Assembly (NCBI GenBank): GCA_020061145.1
Contig: JAGUYX010000088.1
Coordinates: 1-45,869 of the forward strand
DNA length: 45,869 bases
Reading direction: 5' to 3'
Origin: Anaerolineales bacterium
GTDB taxonomy: Bacteria > Chloroflexota > Anaerolineae > Anaerolineales > DRKV01
The translations under genes were made by a program, and so were the position numbers. Positions 25,155-33,761 of this stretch are shown here, piece by piece (within the stretch, counting starts at the first letter, position 1; each line of letters opens with the position of its first letter). Under the pieces are notes generated by a model that saw only the letters and a list, made by a program, of their open reading frames with translations, made no database searches and was not told where the DNA came from.

Positions 25155-25189
25155 CTCCTTTTTTGAACGATACGGATGAGTTTCATTGA
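25155..25189 (-). promoter_or_regulatory. conserved 35-nt leader element, copy 2
   Basis: The minus strand reads TCAATGAAACTCATCCGTATCGTTCAAAAAAGGAG and matches 19690-19723. Confidence 0.5.
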
Positions 25190-25207
25190 ATTGGACTTGA
25201 GCGACCT

Positions 25208-25310
25208 AGGCCAATGGTATTTCTAAACCATGCACTTTTTTGAGCAATCCATATTACCGTGCACCTCTTGTGGTCGGCCATCACTGTCCGTGCCACTTGC
25301 TCAATATGGA
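25208..25310 (-). pseudogene. internally deleted remnant of a third copy of the small conserved gene
   Basis: 25208-25252 aligns with 24027-24072, the 3' end of paralog 2, and still reads LLKKVHGLEIPLA-stop. 25253-25310 aligns with 24248-24303, the 5' UTR and upstream region. About 175 bp between these two segments is missing. Confidence 0.65.
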
Positions 25311-25492
25311 TATAGTCTACCTTTAAGGTAGTATTAAAGGATAGATACTTAAGTGTTGTTTGGGGGTATTGTTTTTGAGGGATTGAGAGGAGGAGAAGTT
25401 CTCAAGCTGTGGCTTTATGGACCGCTGGCTAAAGCCCCCTTTAGGGTGCGAGCAGTCATGTTACCAGGTTTACGGGCAAATGGATATTTCGT

Positions 25493-28231
25493 TTACAACA
25501 GATCCAACTCGCGGGCGCGGGCGATAGCTTCAGTGCGGCTTTGTACTTGTAGTTTGCTGTAGATTTTCTGGTTATGCCCTTTAACCGTATTCAAGGCCAG
25601 GAAAAGCCGCTGGCTGATCTCACGATTCGAGAGACCCTGGGCAATGAGTCGGAGTACTTCCAACTCGCGCTGGCTCAATGGTTCGATCAGAGACTGGGCA
25701 GGAGGCAGATTAGACTTGCCATCGTTCTTCTGCTCCTCTGCTTCAAATACAGCCAGCAGCTTACCGATATAGTCTGGCATAATTCCACGAGCAGCAGCTT
25801 CGCGAAGCAGTTGCTCCATGAGTGGACCTTCGTCTAAAAACTTTCGAACGTAGCCCTCCGGCTCAGCCAGCCTCAGGGCTTGGTGCAGCGGCAAGAGAGC
25901 AGCAGGGATGTCGCCCTGTGCCTGGTGAGCAAGCGCCTGCAATTCCAGAATTTCGATCGCGCTGCCTGCCCTTCCGCCTTCATCCGCTTCATTAAGGAGG
26001 CGCTCCAGCAGTCCCATTACCTCAAGAATGGAGCGGTCTGCATGGTCACTCTTGTACTGGGCCAGGAGTATTCTGGCCAGGGTGATGTGCTCGAACTCGC
26101 GCAGGTAGTCGATGTTATCATCGATGGACAGGCCCTGCTTTTGCGCCCAGTCGAGGGCTTCCCCCAACCTGCCCTGCACGACCCACACCCTGATCTTCGA
26201 CGCCGCGACCGGATGCACATTGGGGGAGAAGTCACTCACATACAGGCGCTCTGCCTCATCCAGCAGTTCGAGAGCGCCGTCCAGGTCTCCTCGGGCCTCC
26301 CGTATGCGAGCCATCGCAACGTGCCAGCGATACCGGTTTTGCGGTAACCCGGTGAGTTCACCCAGTTCCTGGCTTCTCAACAGGTGCTGCGTGGCGGCAC
26401 CCAGATCGTTGTGCTCACGTTTGAGCACGCTCATTCCTACGTACGTATCTGCCGTTCCACGCACGGCAAGCGCCGGTGTGCCCTGTTCCGTTGCCAGCTG
26501 CAGTGCTTGCTCGTAGGTACGCATGGCCTCGTGGAGACGGCCTTGCGCAATCCGTATATCCGCCATGGAGATGGCGCACCCAATGGCGTCAGATATGTAC
26601 CCCGCCTTCAGTAACCTCGCCGTGCCTTCGGTATACGACCGGTGCGCTGCCTCGAGATCCCCGCTTGCCCAGGAAGTGAGCCCCAGGAATCCCGCTGCCG
26701 CTCCGTGCAAGAGATGATCGTCCTCAGATGCGAGGTCGAGCACCCGCCGGGCGTATTTCACGGTCGCAGGCGCATCGCCCTGAGCTAGTGCAATTGCGGC
26801 ACGGTACATGGCGATCGCACCCGGTAGACGGTGAAACTCCTCGTTGTCCACTACGACCATCTCAGCCGATGAGGCTTCCGGTCGTTCACTTGTGTCCGCC
26901 GTTGGTTCCAGCCACCGTTCGGCGTCCCGCAGCCGGGCCTCCACGCTCTCGAGTTGGCCGCCAAGTAGTAATGCCCCGGCATAGTGAACGCTGAGTACAG
27001 GCCTGAAGCGAAGCAGATCGTCGGGGAGCGCTTTAAGCCAGCCAAGCAGCGTGGCCTCCTGTCTACTCTTGCGCATGGCTGGCACTGCCATCTCGACCAG
27101 GTCCGCCGTTCGCTTGAAATCCTCGGCGGTCAGCGCATGGCGGATCGAATCGGCTTTCGAACCATTGTGCTCGTACCACTCGCTCGCACGCCTATGTAAA
27201 GCAGCTACCTGATCGGGTTGCTCTGCCATCAAATGCAAACGGAGAACTTCGGCAAAAAGGTGGTGATAGCGATACCAGTGGCGCTTATCATCCAGCGCGG
27301 AGACAAACAGGTTGCTTCGCTCCAGGGCTTCCAACAGCACTTTGCTTTCCTCCTGGTCCGTGACGGCATCGCACAGCGGGCCACTCAGCCAGTCGAGAAT
27401 GGAAGTCTGGAGCAAGAAGCTGCGGACTCGTTCGGACTGACGCTGCAGGACCTCTTCGACCAAATAGTCCACGATGTAGCGGTTGTCTCCAGCGAAAGCC
27501 CGTATGAACTCGTGAACGTCCTGTCGCCCCCGCGTCGAGAGTGCTGCCAGCTGGAGCCCCGCAATCCAGCCTTCGGTACGGGTTTCCAGAATGGCGATAT
27601 CTTCCGCTGAGAGGTTCAAGCCCATTACCTGGTTGAGGAAGTCGGCGGCTTCGCTTGGGGTAAAGCGCAGGTCGGCGGCGCGCAGCTCGGTCAATTGGTC
27701 CCGGGCGCGCAACCGGGCCAGGGGTAGATTTGGATCCTCGCGGGTGGCTATGATCAGGTGCATCTGTGGAGGCTGATGTTCGACGAGGAAGGCCAGGGCC
27801 TGATCTACTGGTTTGGAATCAATCACATGGTAGTCGTCCAGGACAAAGACAAAATAGTCCGACATGGTGGTGATTTCATTGAGTAGGGCCGTTAGAATCG
27901 CTTCGGTGGAGGGTGGCTGAGGGGATTGGAGAAAAGCCAATAAACCTTCACCAATACCCGCCTTGATGGTCTGTAAAGCTGCTACCAGGTACGAGATGAA
28001 ACGCACCGGGTCGCTATCCCCTTCATCCAGCGAAAGCCAGGCGACCGGTCGCCCACATACAGCAACCCATTCGCTGACCAGAGTGGTTTTACCAAAGCCA
28101 GCAGAGGCAGAGATGAGGGTAAGATTGTGGTGCAGGCCCTCGTTCAGCCGCTCGATCAGGTGATGACGGAGAACAATTTTTGCTCGAGGTAGGGGGATAT
28201 AAAGTTTTGTAGCCAAAATAGGCGTAGACAT
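25493..28231 (-). CDS. LAL-family regulator (MalT-like STAND NTPase + TPR + LuxR HTH), 912 aa
   Basis: Walker A SAGFGKTT and Walker B FVLDDYH are present. The C-terminus reads [45 protein letters not shown]. Confidence 0.9.
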   Translation of the reverse strand: MSTPILATKLYIPLPRAKIVLRHHLIERLNEGLHHNLTLISASAGFGKTTLVSEWVAVCGRPVAWLSLDEGDSDPVRFISYLVAALQTIKAGIGEGLLAFLQSPQPPSTEAILTALLNEITTMSDYFVFVLDDYHVIDSKPVDQALAFLVEHQPPQMHLIIATREDPNLPLARLRARDQLTELRAADLRFTPSEAADFLNQVMGLNLSAEDIAILETRTEGWIAGLQLAALSTRGRQDVHEFIRAFAGDNRYIVDYLVEEVLQRQSERVRSFLLQTSILDWLSGPLCDAVTDQEESKVLLEALERSNLFVSALDDKRHWYRYHHLFAEVLRLHLMAEQPDQVAALHRRASEWYEHNGSKADSIRHALTAEDFKRTADLVEMAVPAMRKSRQEATLLGWLKALPDDLLRFRPVLSVHYAGALLLGGQLESVEARLRDAERWLEPTADTSERPEASSAEMVVVDNEEFHRLPGAIAMYRAAIALAQGDAPATVKYARRVLDLASEDDHLLHGAAAGFLGLTSWASGDLEAAHRSYTEGTARLLKAGYISDAIGCAISMADIRIAQGRLHEAMRTYEQALQLATEQGTPALAVRGTADTYVGMSVLKREHNDLGAATQHLLRSQELGELTGLPQNRYRWHVAMARIREARGDLDGALELLDEAERLYVSDFSPNVHPVAASKIRVWVVQGRLGEALDWAQKQGLSIDDNIDYLREFEHITLARILLAQYKSDHADRSILEVMGLLERLLNEADEGGRAGSAIEILELQALAHQAQGDIPAALLPLHQALRLAEPEGYVRKFLDEGPLMEQLLREAAARGIMPDYIGKLLAVFEAEEQKNDGKSNLPPAQSLIEPLSQRELEVLRLIAQGLSNREISQRLFLALNTVKGHNQKIYSKLQVQSRTEAIARARELDLL

Positions 28232-28237
28232 GGCTCA

Positions 28238-28243
28238 ATTATA
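28238..28243 (-). promoter_or_regulatory. TATAAT -10 box 6 nt upstream of the ATG (leaderless-type) for the LAL regulator
   Basis: The minus strand reads TATAATTGAGCCATG. No SD sequence is present. Confidence 0.45.
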
Positions 28244-28476
28244 AAGTATTCACCGAATCTACTCCGCGATCCGTTTCCCTCAATCCTCAATGGCTCGTGC
28301 CTGGATACCATTAGGCGCGACTGAATAGATTACAGACGGACGGAAGGGAACATTGGTGACAATGGAGAAGTGAAAGGACAGATAGCGACCGAAGTCAAAA
28401 TCGCCCTCCCGATGTCCCACAATGTCTTGACAATCGTCGAAGAGTACGTACTAATGAAGGAGTATCGCTTAAAAGT

Positions 28477-28506
28477 GAGATCGCCCAGCTGTCACTGAGC
28501 GATCTC
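28477..28506 (-). terminator. hairpin downstream of tRNA-Ser
   Basis: gagatcgc (28477-28484) pairs with gcgatctc (28499-28506). On the minus strand it is followed by ACTTTTAAG. A second small hairpin lies at 28508-28524. Confidence 0.4.
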
Positions 28507-28602
28507 GGGCGTGAAGATCACGCCAAAGCGTAAAACCTCGTTCTTTGACATCCGTTTTTCAACAGATCGAGAGCCGGTAGGCTCACAAGACTTTACGCTC
28601 AG

Positions 28603-28690
28603 CGGAGAGGGTGGGATTCGAACCCACGGTGGCCCAAAGGACCACAACGGTTTTCGAGACCGCCCCGTTCGTCCACTCCGGCACCTCTCC
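28603..28690 (-). tRNA. tRNA-Ser (anticodon CGA)
   Basis: It folds by hand: acceptor GGAGAGG/CCTCTCC, 3-bp D stem, anticodon loop CUCGAAA, long variable arm GUGGUC-CUUU-GGCCAC, and T arm GTGGG-TTCGAAT-CCCAC. Length is 88 nt. CCA is not encoded. Confidence 0.92.
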
Positions 28691-28741
28691 TGTTTTGCGG
28701 GGGAAATTATAGCATACCCGCTGCGTTTCACCTTCCGGATT

Positions 28742-29902
28742 CTAGCGGCGGCGGTATGTTTTGCTCAGTACGCCCAGCAGCGAATCGCCAAAACGCACAT
28801 ATCGTTCCGGCACGTCTTTCAACAGTGATTGTAGCTCTTGCTCGTCACGCGGCGCCCGAGAAACCACTTCCAGCAGCAGATCCCGCGGCAAAACCACGTC
28901 CGATTCCACCCCCATTTTTTGCGCCTGTTCCTTGCGCCAGGTACGCAGCAGGTCGAGCCGGGTGAGGTAATCCTGGTCGGGACGCAACGGGGTTTCCGGC
29001 TCAATCGGCGGGGAGTTCAAGCCATCCATGACGGCTTTTAATAACGCCGGGCCATGTTTGCGCGCCTGGCGCTGGCTGATCCCCGGCAGGCTTTCCAGCT
29101 CAGCCTGGCTCACCGGGCAGGCGCTGGCAATGCTGACCAAGGTGCTGTCGCTCATTACCTTAAATACTGGACAATTATAAAGACGGGCAATTTCCTCCCG
29201 GTACCGGCATAATTCACGTAAAATCGCCATTTGTTGAGGATTGAGATCCCGCGTGCCGTTAATCCGTTCCCAACAGTCCGGGTGATTGCCATTCAGGTTC
29301 TCGCGGGCGTACAAGCGCTCCATCCGCTGAAAATCTTCCTGGGCCAGCTCCCATCGCCCGCTCGAAACCAGCTCGTCATACAGCTGGTTACGCAAGGGAA
29401 TCAGGTAGTGAGTATCCAGGCGGGCATACTCCAGCATCTCTTTTGGTAAGGGGCGTTTCCCCCAATCTGCACGCTGAAAGCGCTTATTGGTACTGACCCC
29501 AAATTCGCTCTCCAGCAGAGCGCTCAGGCCTATCGCCTCCCTGCCAGCCACCCGCGCCGCCCACATCGTATCAAACAGGTTGGCAAAGACAAAGCCAAAA
29601 TCACGCCGCATACATATCAGGTCGTACTCGGCGGCATGGAATACCTTTTCGATCTGCCGGTTTGCAAAGATGGCAGCTAAGGGTTGTAAATCCACCAGGG
29701 CCAGGGGGTCCACCAGAAAATCCGCTGCGGTGGTCGAAAACTGGACCAGGCAGACCTGCTCCTGGTAGGCATACAGGCTGTTCGACTCAGTATCCACCCC
29801 GATAACGGGTTCTGCGAGCAGCAACTCTACCAGTGCTTCGAGATCTTTCGGGCGGCTGATTAAGTCGGGTAATGAATGGCTGCGGACAGGCATAAGCTGC
29901 AA
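28742..29902 (-). CDS. rnd: ribonuclease D (3'-5' exonuclease + HRDC domains)
   Basis: DEDD motifs VIGVDTESNSLYAY and HAAEYDL are present, plus an HRDC-like C-terminal half. TTG start, with an alternative ATG at 29893. Confidence 0.85.
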   Translation of the reverse strand: MQLMPVRSHSLPDLISRPKDLEALVELLLAEPVIGVDTESNSLYAYQEQVCLVQFSTTAADFLVDPLALVDLQPLAAIFANRQIEKVFHAAEYDLICMRRDFGFVFANLFDTMWAARVAGREAIGLSALLESEFGVSTNKRFQRADWGKRPLPKEMLEYARLDTHYLIPLRNQLYDELVSSGRWELAQEDFQRMERLYARENLNGNHPDCWERINGTRDLNPQQMAILRELCRYREEIARLYNCPVFKVMSDSTLVSIASACPVSQAELESLPGISQRQARKHGPALLKAVMDGLNSPPIEPETPLRPDQDYLTRLDLLRTWRKEQAQKMGVESDVVLPRDLLLEVVSRAPRDEQELQSLLKDVPERYVRFGDSLLGVLSKTYRRR

Positions 29903-30421
29903 TTATAGCCCTTTTCGTTCCAACCGGCGGATTTTCTCCATGACCAGCGCGTCTTCACCGTCCTGGTAATAACCTGCCCAGATCTCTTTCACCCCATACC
30001 CCAACACCCGGTACATTTCCTGCGCAGCCTGGTTGGAAACCCGCACGCACAGGCGGATCACATCCAAACTGATTTCATTTTCACACTGCTCCATCAGCGC
30101 CCGGCCAATGCCCATACGCCGGTAGCCGGGAAGCACACCCACGGTGGCAATCCAGGCCACACCCTCCCGCAGCCGGCAATCGGCGGCAATAAAACCCACC
30201 ATTTCCCTTTCCGCCAGAGCCTTCAAACGCACCATGTTAGGCAAGGTGAGCACTCCGATCAAATCCCAGATGGGCCAGACATCCTTGGGGAAACATATTT
30301 GTTCCAGGGTGCGCAATGCCCCCAGGTCACGCCAGGTAGCCGGTGTAATCAGATACCGGCTGCCTGGCATGCTGGAAGTAGATGGGGATTTCAGGCTACG
30401 GGTTTTGGTGCCGCCTGCCAT
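29903..30421 (-). CDS. GNAT-family N-acetyltransferase (RimI-like)
   Basis: The acetyl-CoA motif reads VLPGYRRMGIGRALM. The start is uncertain, with an internal ATG at 30370. Confidence 0.8.
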   Translation of the reverse strand: MAGGTKTRSLKSPSTSSMPGSRYLITPATWRDLGALRTLEQICFPKDVWPIWDLIGVLTLPNMVRLKALAEREMVGFIAADCRLREGVAWIATVGVLPGYRRMGIGRALMEQCENEISLDVIRLCVRVSNQAAQEMYRVLGYGVKEIWAGYYQDGEDALVMEKIRRLERKGL

Positions 30422-30426
30422 AGGAC

Positions 30427-31338
30427 TTATTCAGCGTCCCCCTCACCGGGCTTGCGGTTGGAAAGGAAATTTTCCAACACACTGGTGAACTCCAGGGGGA
30501 AGATATATTTTGTGGAAGGCGAAGCGCCCAGTTTGCTGAGGGTATCGAAGTATTGCAGCGTCATCGTCTTCTGGTCGATTCCTTTGGCCGCGTTAAAAAT
30601 GGCGGTCAGTGCCTGAGCAAAACCTTCCGCCCGCAGCAATTGGGATTGGCGATCACCCTCGGCGCGCAGAATGTTGGATTGCTGTTCGCCTTCCGCTTTG
30701 AGGATGGCGCCCTGTTTATCTCCCTGCGCCACGTTAATGGCAGCATCCCGCTGGCCGGTCGATTCAGTTACCAGGGCGCGACGGATACGTTCGGCAGTCA
30801 TCTGGCGGTTCATGGCATCGGTAATCTCGCGCGGCGGCACAATTTCCCGGATTTCCACATTGGTAACCTTGACGCCCCAGCGTTCCGTCACTTCATCCAG
30901 GCGGGTACGTAACATGCTGTTGATATGCTCGCGCTCGGAGAGCACATCATCCAGCTGAATACCACCGATCACCGCGCGCAAAGTGGTGGTTGCCATACCC
31001 TGGGCTGCAGCCTCAAAGTTACCCACCTGAAGGACGCTCTCCATAGGATCGAGCACTTTGTAATACCAGATAAAATCTACTGAAATGGAGGCGTTATCTT
31101 TGGTGATCGATGTCTGGTGCGGGATTTCACGTACCTGTTCCCTCAAATCAACCATCACCGCCCGGTCGATGAAGGGGATAAGGATGATCAATCCCGGGCC
31201 GCGCGCCCCGATTGCCCGGCCCAGGCGAAAAACCACCAGTCGCTGATACTCGGGCACGATGCGGATCGCAGTTGCCAGCAAGGCGATGGCCACCAAAACT
31301 ACCGCGCCGATTGCACATAAAATGGTCGTCTCGATCAT
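30427..31338 (-). CDS. SPFH/band-7 (stomatin-like) protein
   Basis: An N-terminal TM is followed by RIVPEYQRLVVFRLGR and a typical PHB domain with a coiled C-terminus. It has an ATGA overlap with the NfeD gene. Confidence 0.9.
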   Translation of the reverse strand: MIETTILCAIGAVVLVAIALLATAIRIVPEYQRLVVFRLGRAIGARGPGLIILIPFIDRAVMVDLREQVREIPHQTSITKDNASISVDFIWYYKVLDPMESVLQVGNFEAAAQGMATTTLRAVIGGIQLDDVLSEREHINSMLRTRLDEVTERWGVKVTNVEIREIVPPREITDAMNRQMTAERIRRALVTESTGQRDAAINVAQGDKQGAILKAEGEQQSNILRAEGDRQSQLLRAEGFAQALTAIFNAAKGIDQKTMTLQYFDTLSKLGASPSTKYIFPLEFTSVLENFLSNRKPGEGDAE

Positions 31339-31997
31339 AAGTCAGCCTCCTGAAGTTGGTCTGAGTTGTTTCCTGTGCCGGACTCTGCGGGTTGTGGGGT
31401 TGTAGAAGGTATGGCTTCTACAATTAAAGTAAATCCTTCCCGGCCAACAATCCGGACATTTTGATTGGGCGCAATGGGCACCTCGCTGCGTGCGCTCCAC
31501 TCTTCACCTGCAACATATACCGTCCCGTCGTCGTGCACGTAAGTGCGGGATTCCCCCTGACTACCGATCAGATTTTCCAGCGCCTGGGCGGGTGGAGAAA
31601 TAAAGGCGTTCACCACTTTGCGGGTGATCACCCACAATACACTGCCTTCTGCAGCCGAGACAATCAGCACCAGCCAGATATTCACGCCAAATAATTGCTC
31701 TTCGCCACGGTAAATCAGTGCTGCGCCCGGCAATATCAACAGCAGGCTGGCGGCGAGAATACGCGGCTCACCCCGGCGTAACACAGCCAGCACATACACA
31801 AGACCCCCCACCAGAATAAAACCTAAAGCCCAGAGATTGATCGGCAGGTTAAATAATTGGATGGCGACCAGGGCCAGAACAATCACTGCTCCCAATTCAA
31901 GGATGCCTGTTCCCGGGGTTAGTAACGCCAGCAGGGCGAACAAAATCCCCCCCATCAGAAGCAGGTACCCCAGATCGGGATTAAGCAGCAATTCCAT
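31335..31997 (-). CDS. NfeD-family membrane protein (short form, C-terminal OB fold)
   Basis: Several TM helices are followed by VYVAGEEWSARSEVPIAPNQNVRIVGREGFTLIVE. This is the classic pairing with a stomatin gene. Confidence 0.8.
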   Translation of the reverse strand: MELLLNPDLGYLLLMGGILFALLALLTPGTGILELGAVIVLALVAIQLFNLPINLWALGFILVGGLVYVLAVLRRGEPRILAASLLLILPGAALIYRGEEQLFGVNIWLVLIVSAAEGSVLWVITRKVVNAFISPPAQALENLIGSQGESRTYVHDDGTVYVAGEEWSARSEVPIAPNQNVRIVGREGFTLIVEAIPSTTPQPAESGTGNNSDQLQEADL

Positions 31998-32124
31998 GAA
32001 ATAACCTCCGCCTTATCTTGCGTTGATACCGGGTCGTGCTGTATGCGGGAAATGCTAACTACAAATTATAATATACAGGGTATGGGAAAAACCGGCTACT
32101 CATTTTGCAATCTGGACACGCTGG

Positions 32125-32886
32125 ATGACGAACCTGGGATTTAGCCTCGCCCTGGGTCTGAGCGCCACGCTTGGCCTGATCTGGTCGGTTTTGCGCAGCC
32201 CTCCTGCGCGTACCCACCAACTGGTCAATGCCGGATTGCTGTTGTTATTTGGGATGTATGCGGGGGGCAGGCTGGCTTTCATTTTGCTAAACCCGGTTTA
32301 TTTTCAAAACCATCCCGCAGAAGCCTGGCGATTTCCACTGGCTGGTTTTGACTGGTACGGCGCCCTGGCTGGAGGCTTGCTGGTTTTCGTGGTTTATGGG
32401 CTGGTTCGGCGTGTTCCACTTGGCGAGCTGGCGGACGACCTGCTTCCCTTGCTGGCGGTGATTACAATCGGTAGCTGGCTGGCCTGCTGGTTCGGCGGCT
32501 GCGCTTATGGCCCTCCGATCGCCGCCTGGTGGGGGCTGCCGGCGAGAGATGAATGGGGAGTTGTTACCCGGCGTTGGCCGGTGCAGATCGCAGGAGCCAT
32601 ACTTTCGTTGGTCTTCGTCTGGCTGATCGATCTCCTGCCCGCCAAACGGCTCTTCCCCGGGGTAATTTTTGGACTGGGAATTTTTAGCCTTTCTTTGGTG
32701 CATTTTATCCTGAGCTTTGTGCGCGTCGACCCGGTGCCTTACTTCGGTTTATTTAGAGCAGACACCTGGGGCGCGGCAATTTTTATGATCGGCTCTCTGC
32801 TCAGTTTGAGTTTGATCTGGCTGGTAAAGCGCATCAAACAACGATTATTAATCCGCAACGAGACTCAAACCCAGGAACTTCTATGA
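32125..32886 (+). CDS. Lgt-family (prolipoprotein diacylglyceryl transferase-like) membrane protein, divergent
   Basis: It aligns by eye to E. coli Lgt blocks: GGRLAFILLNP..., WYGALAGGLL in place of FHGGLIG, GSWLACWFGGCAYG in place of GRLGNFINGELWG, and SFVRVDP in place of EFFRQPD. Confidence 0.5.
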   Translation: MTNLGFSLALGLSATLGLIWSVLRSPPARTHQLVNAGLLLLFGMYAGGRLAFILLNPVYFQNHPAEAWRFPLAGFDWYGALAGGLLVFVVYGLVRRVPLGELADDLLPLLAVITIGSWLACWFGGCAYGPPIAAWWGLPARDEWGVVTRRWPVQIAGAILSLVFVWLIDLLPAKRLFPGVIFGLGIFSLSLVHFILSFVRVDPVPYFGLFRADTWGAAIFMIGSLLSLSLIWLVKRIKQRLLIRNETQTQELL

Positions 32887-33761
32887 ACAAACTCACGCTG
32901 GCGTTGGCTCAAATCAATACCCATCTGGGTGATGTCCAATCCAACCTGGAAAAGCATTTGCAACTGGCGCAAGAAGCGCACGCATCCGGCGCCGACCTGC
33001 TGGTCTTTCCTGAGCTTTCCCTCACCGGTTATGTTTTGCAGGACCTGGCTTCCACCGTTTCCAACCGGCCCACAGCCGATAACCCGGTTTTTAAACCTTT
33101 GCTGGATGCCAGCCGCCAGCTCGATCTGGTGGTGGGGTTCGTGGACGAAGATAGCCGTTCCCGCTTTTATATCGCTTCCGCTTACCTTTCCGGCGGTGAA
33201 GTGTTGCACGTGCATCATAAAGTGTATTTACCCACGTATGGTCTGTTCGACGAAGGGCGTTTTTTCGCCTGGGGGGATTCCATCCAGGCATTTGATACCC
33301 GCTTTGGACGGTTGGGCATCCTGATCTGCGAGGATTTCTGGCACGCCTCGCCGCCGTATTTGCTCTGGCTGGATGGAGCAGATCTGATGTTGTTCGCCTC
33401 CGCCTCACCCGGCAGAGGCCTGAACCAGGCGCCAGAACTCGAATCGGCGCGTTGGGTTGAACATATCAATAAGGCGTATGCCAGCCTGTTTACGGTTTAC
33501 GTGGCGCACGCGAACCGGGTTGGTTACGAAGATGGCCTGAATTTTTGGGGGGGCTCCACTGTATATGATCCCAATGGCGAACTGCTGGCCAAAGGGCCTT
33601 ATCATATGGAAACCCTGACCCTGTGCGAAATCGACCTGCAGCAGATTCACCGCACGCGCACGCGCCTGCCATTGCTGCGCGATGAGCGTACTGCCCTGGT
33701 GATGCGGGAATTACAGAGAATATTGTCCGATGGGCGCTCTACTCAGAAGGGAATCCGATAA
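32883..33761 (+). CDS. carbon-nitrogen hydrolase (nitrilase superfamily), probable glutaminase subunit of NAD synthetase
   Basis: The catalytic triad context is FPELSLTGY, HHKVYLP and ILICEDFWH. It abuts nadE (TAA ATG). Confidence 0.8.
   Translation: MNKLTLALAQINTHLGDVQSNLEKHLQLAQEAHASGADLLVFPELSLTGYVLQDLASTVSNRPTADNPVFKPLLDASRQLDLVVGFVDEDSRSRFYIASAYLSGGEVLHVHHKVYLPTYGLFDEGRFFAWGDSIQAFDTRFGRLGILICEDFWHASPPYLLWLDGADLMLFASASPGRGLNQAPELESARWVEHINKAYASLFTVYVAHANRVGYEDGLNFWGGSTVYDPNGELLAKGPYHMETLTLCEIDLQQIHRTRTRLPLLRDERTALVMRELQRILSDGRSTQKGIR

Noticed and set aside
20237-28231. The possibility that the STAND-type NTPases are anti-phage (Avs-like) defence proteins
   Set aside because: Both full-length proteins end in a canonical LuxR-type HTH and have MalT-like TPR regions with no nuclease, protease or other effector domain. 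They are transcription regulators of the LAL family.
28492-28828. ORFs 28492..28731 (-) and 28511..28828 (+)
   Set aside because: Both run straight through the tRNA-Ser gene, whose cloverleaf folds perfectly. They are artefacts.
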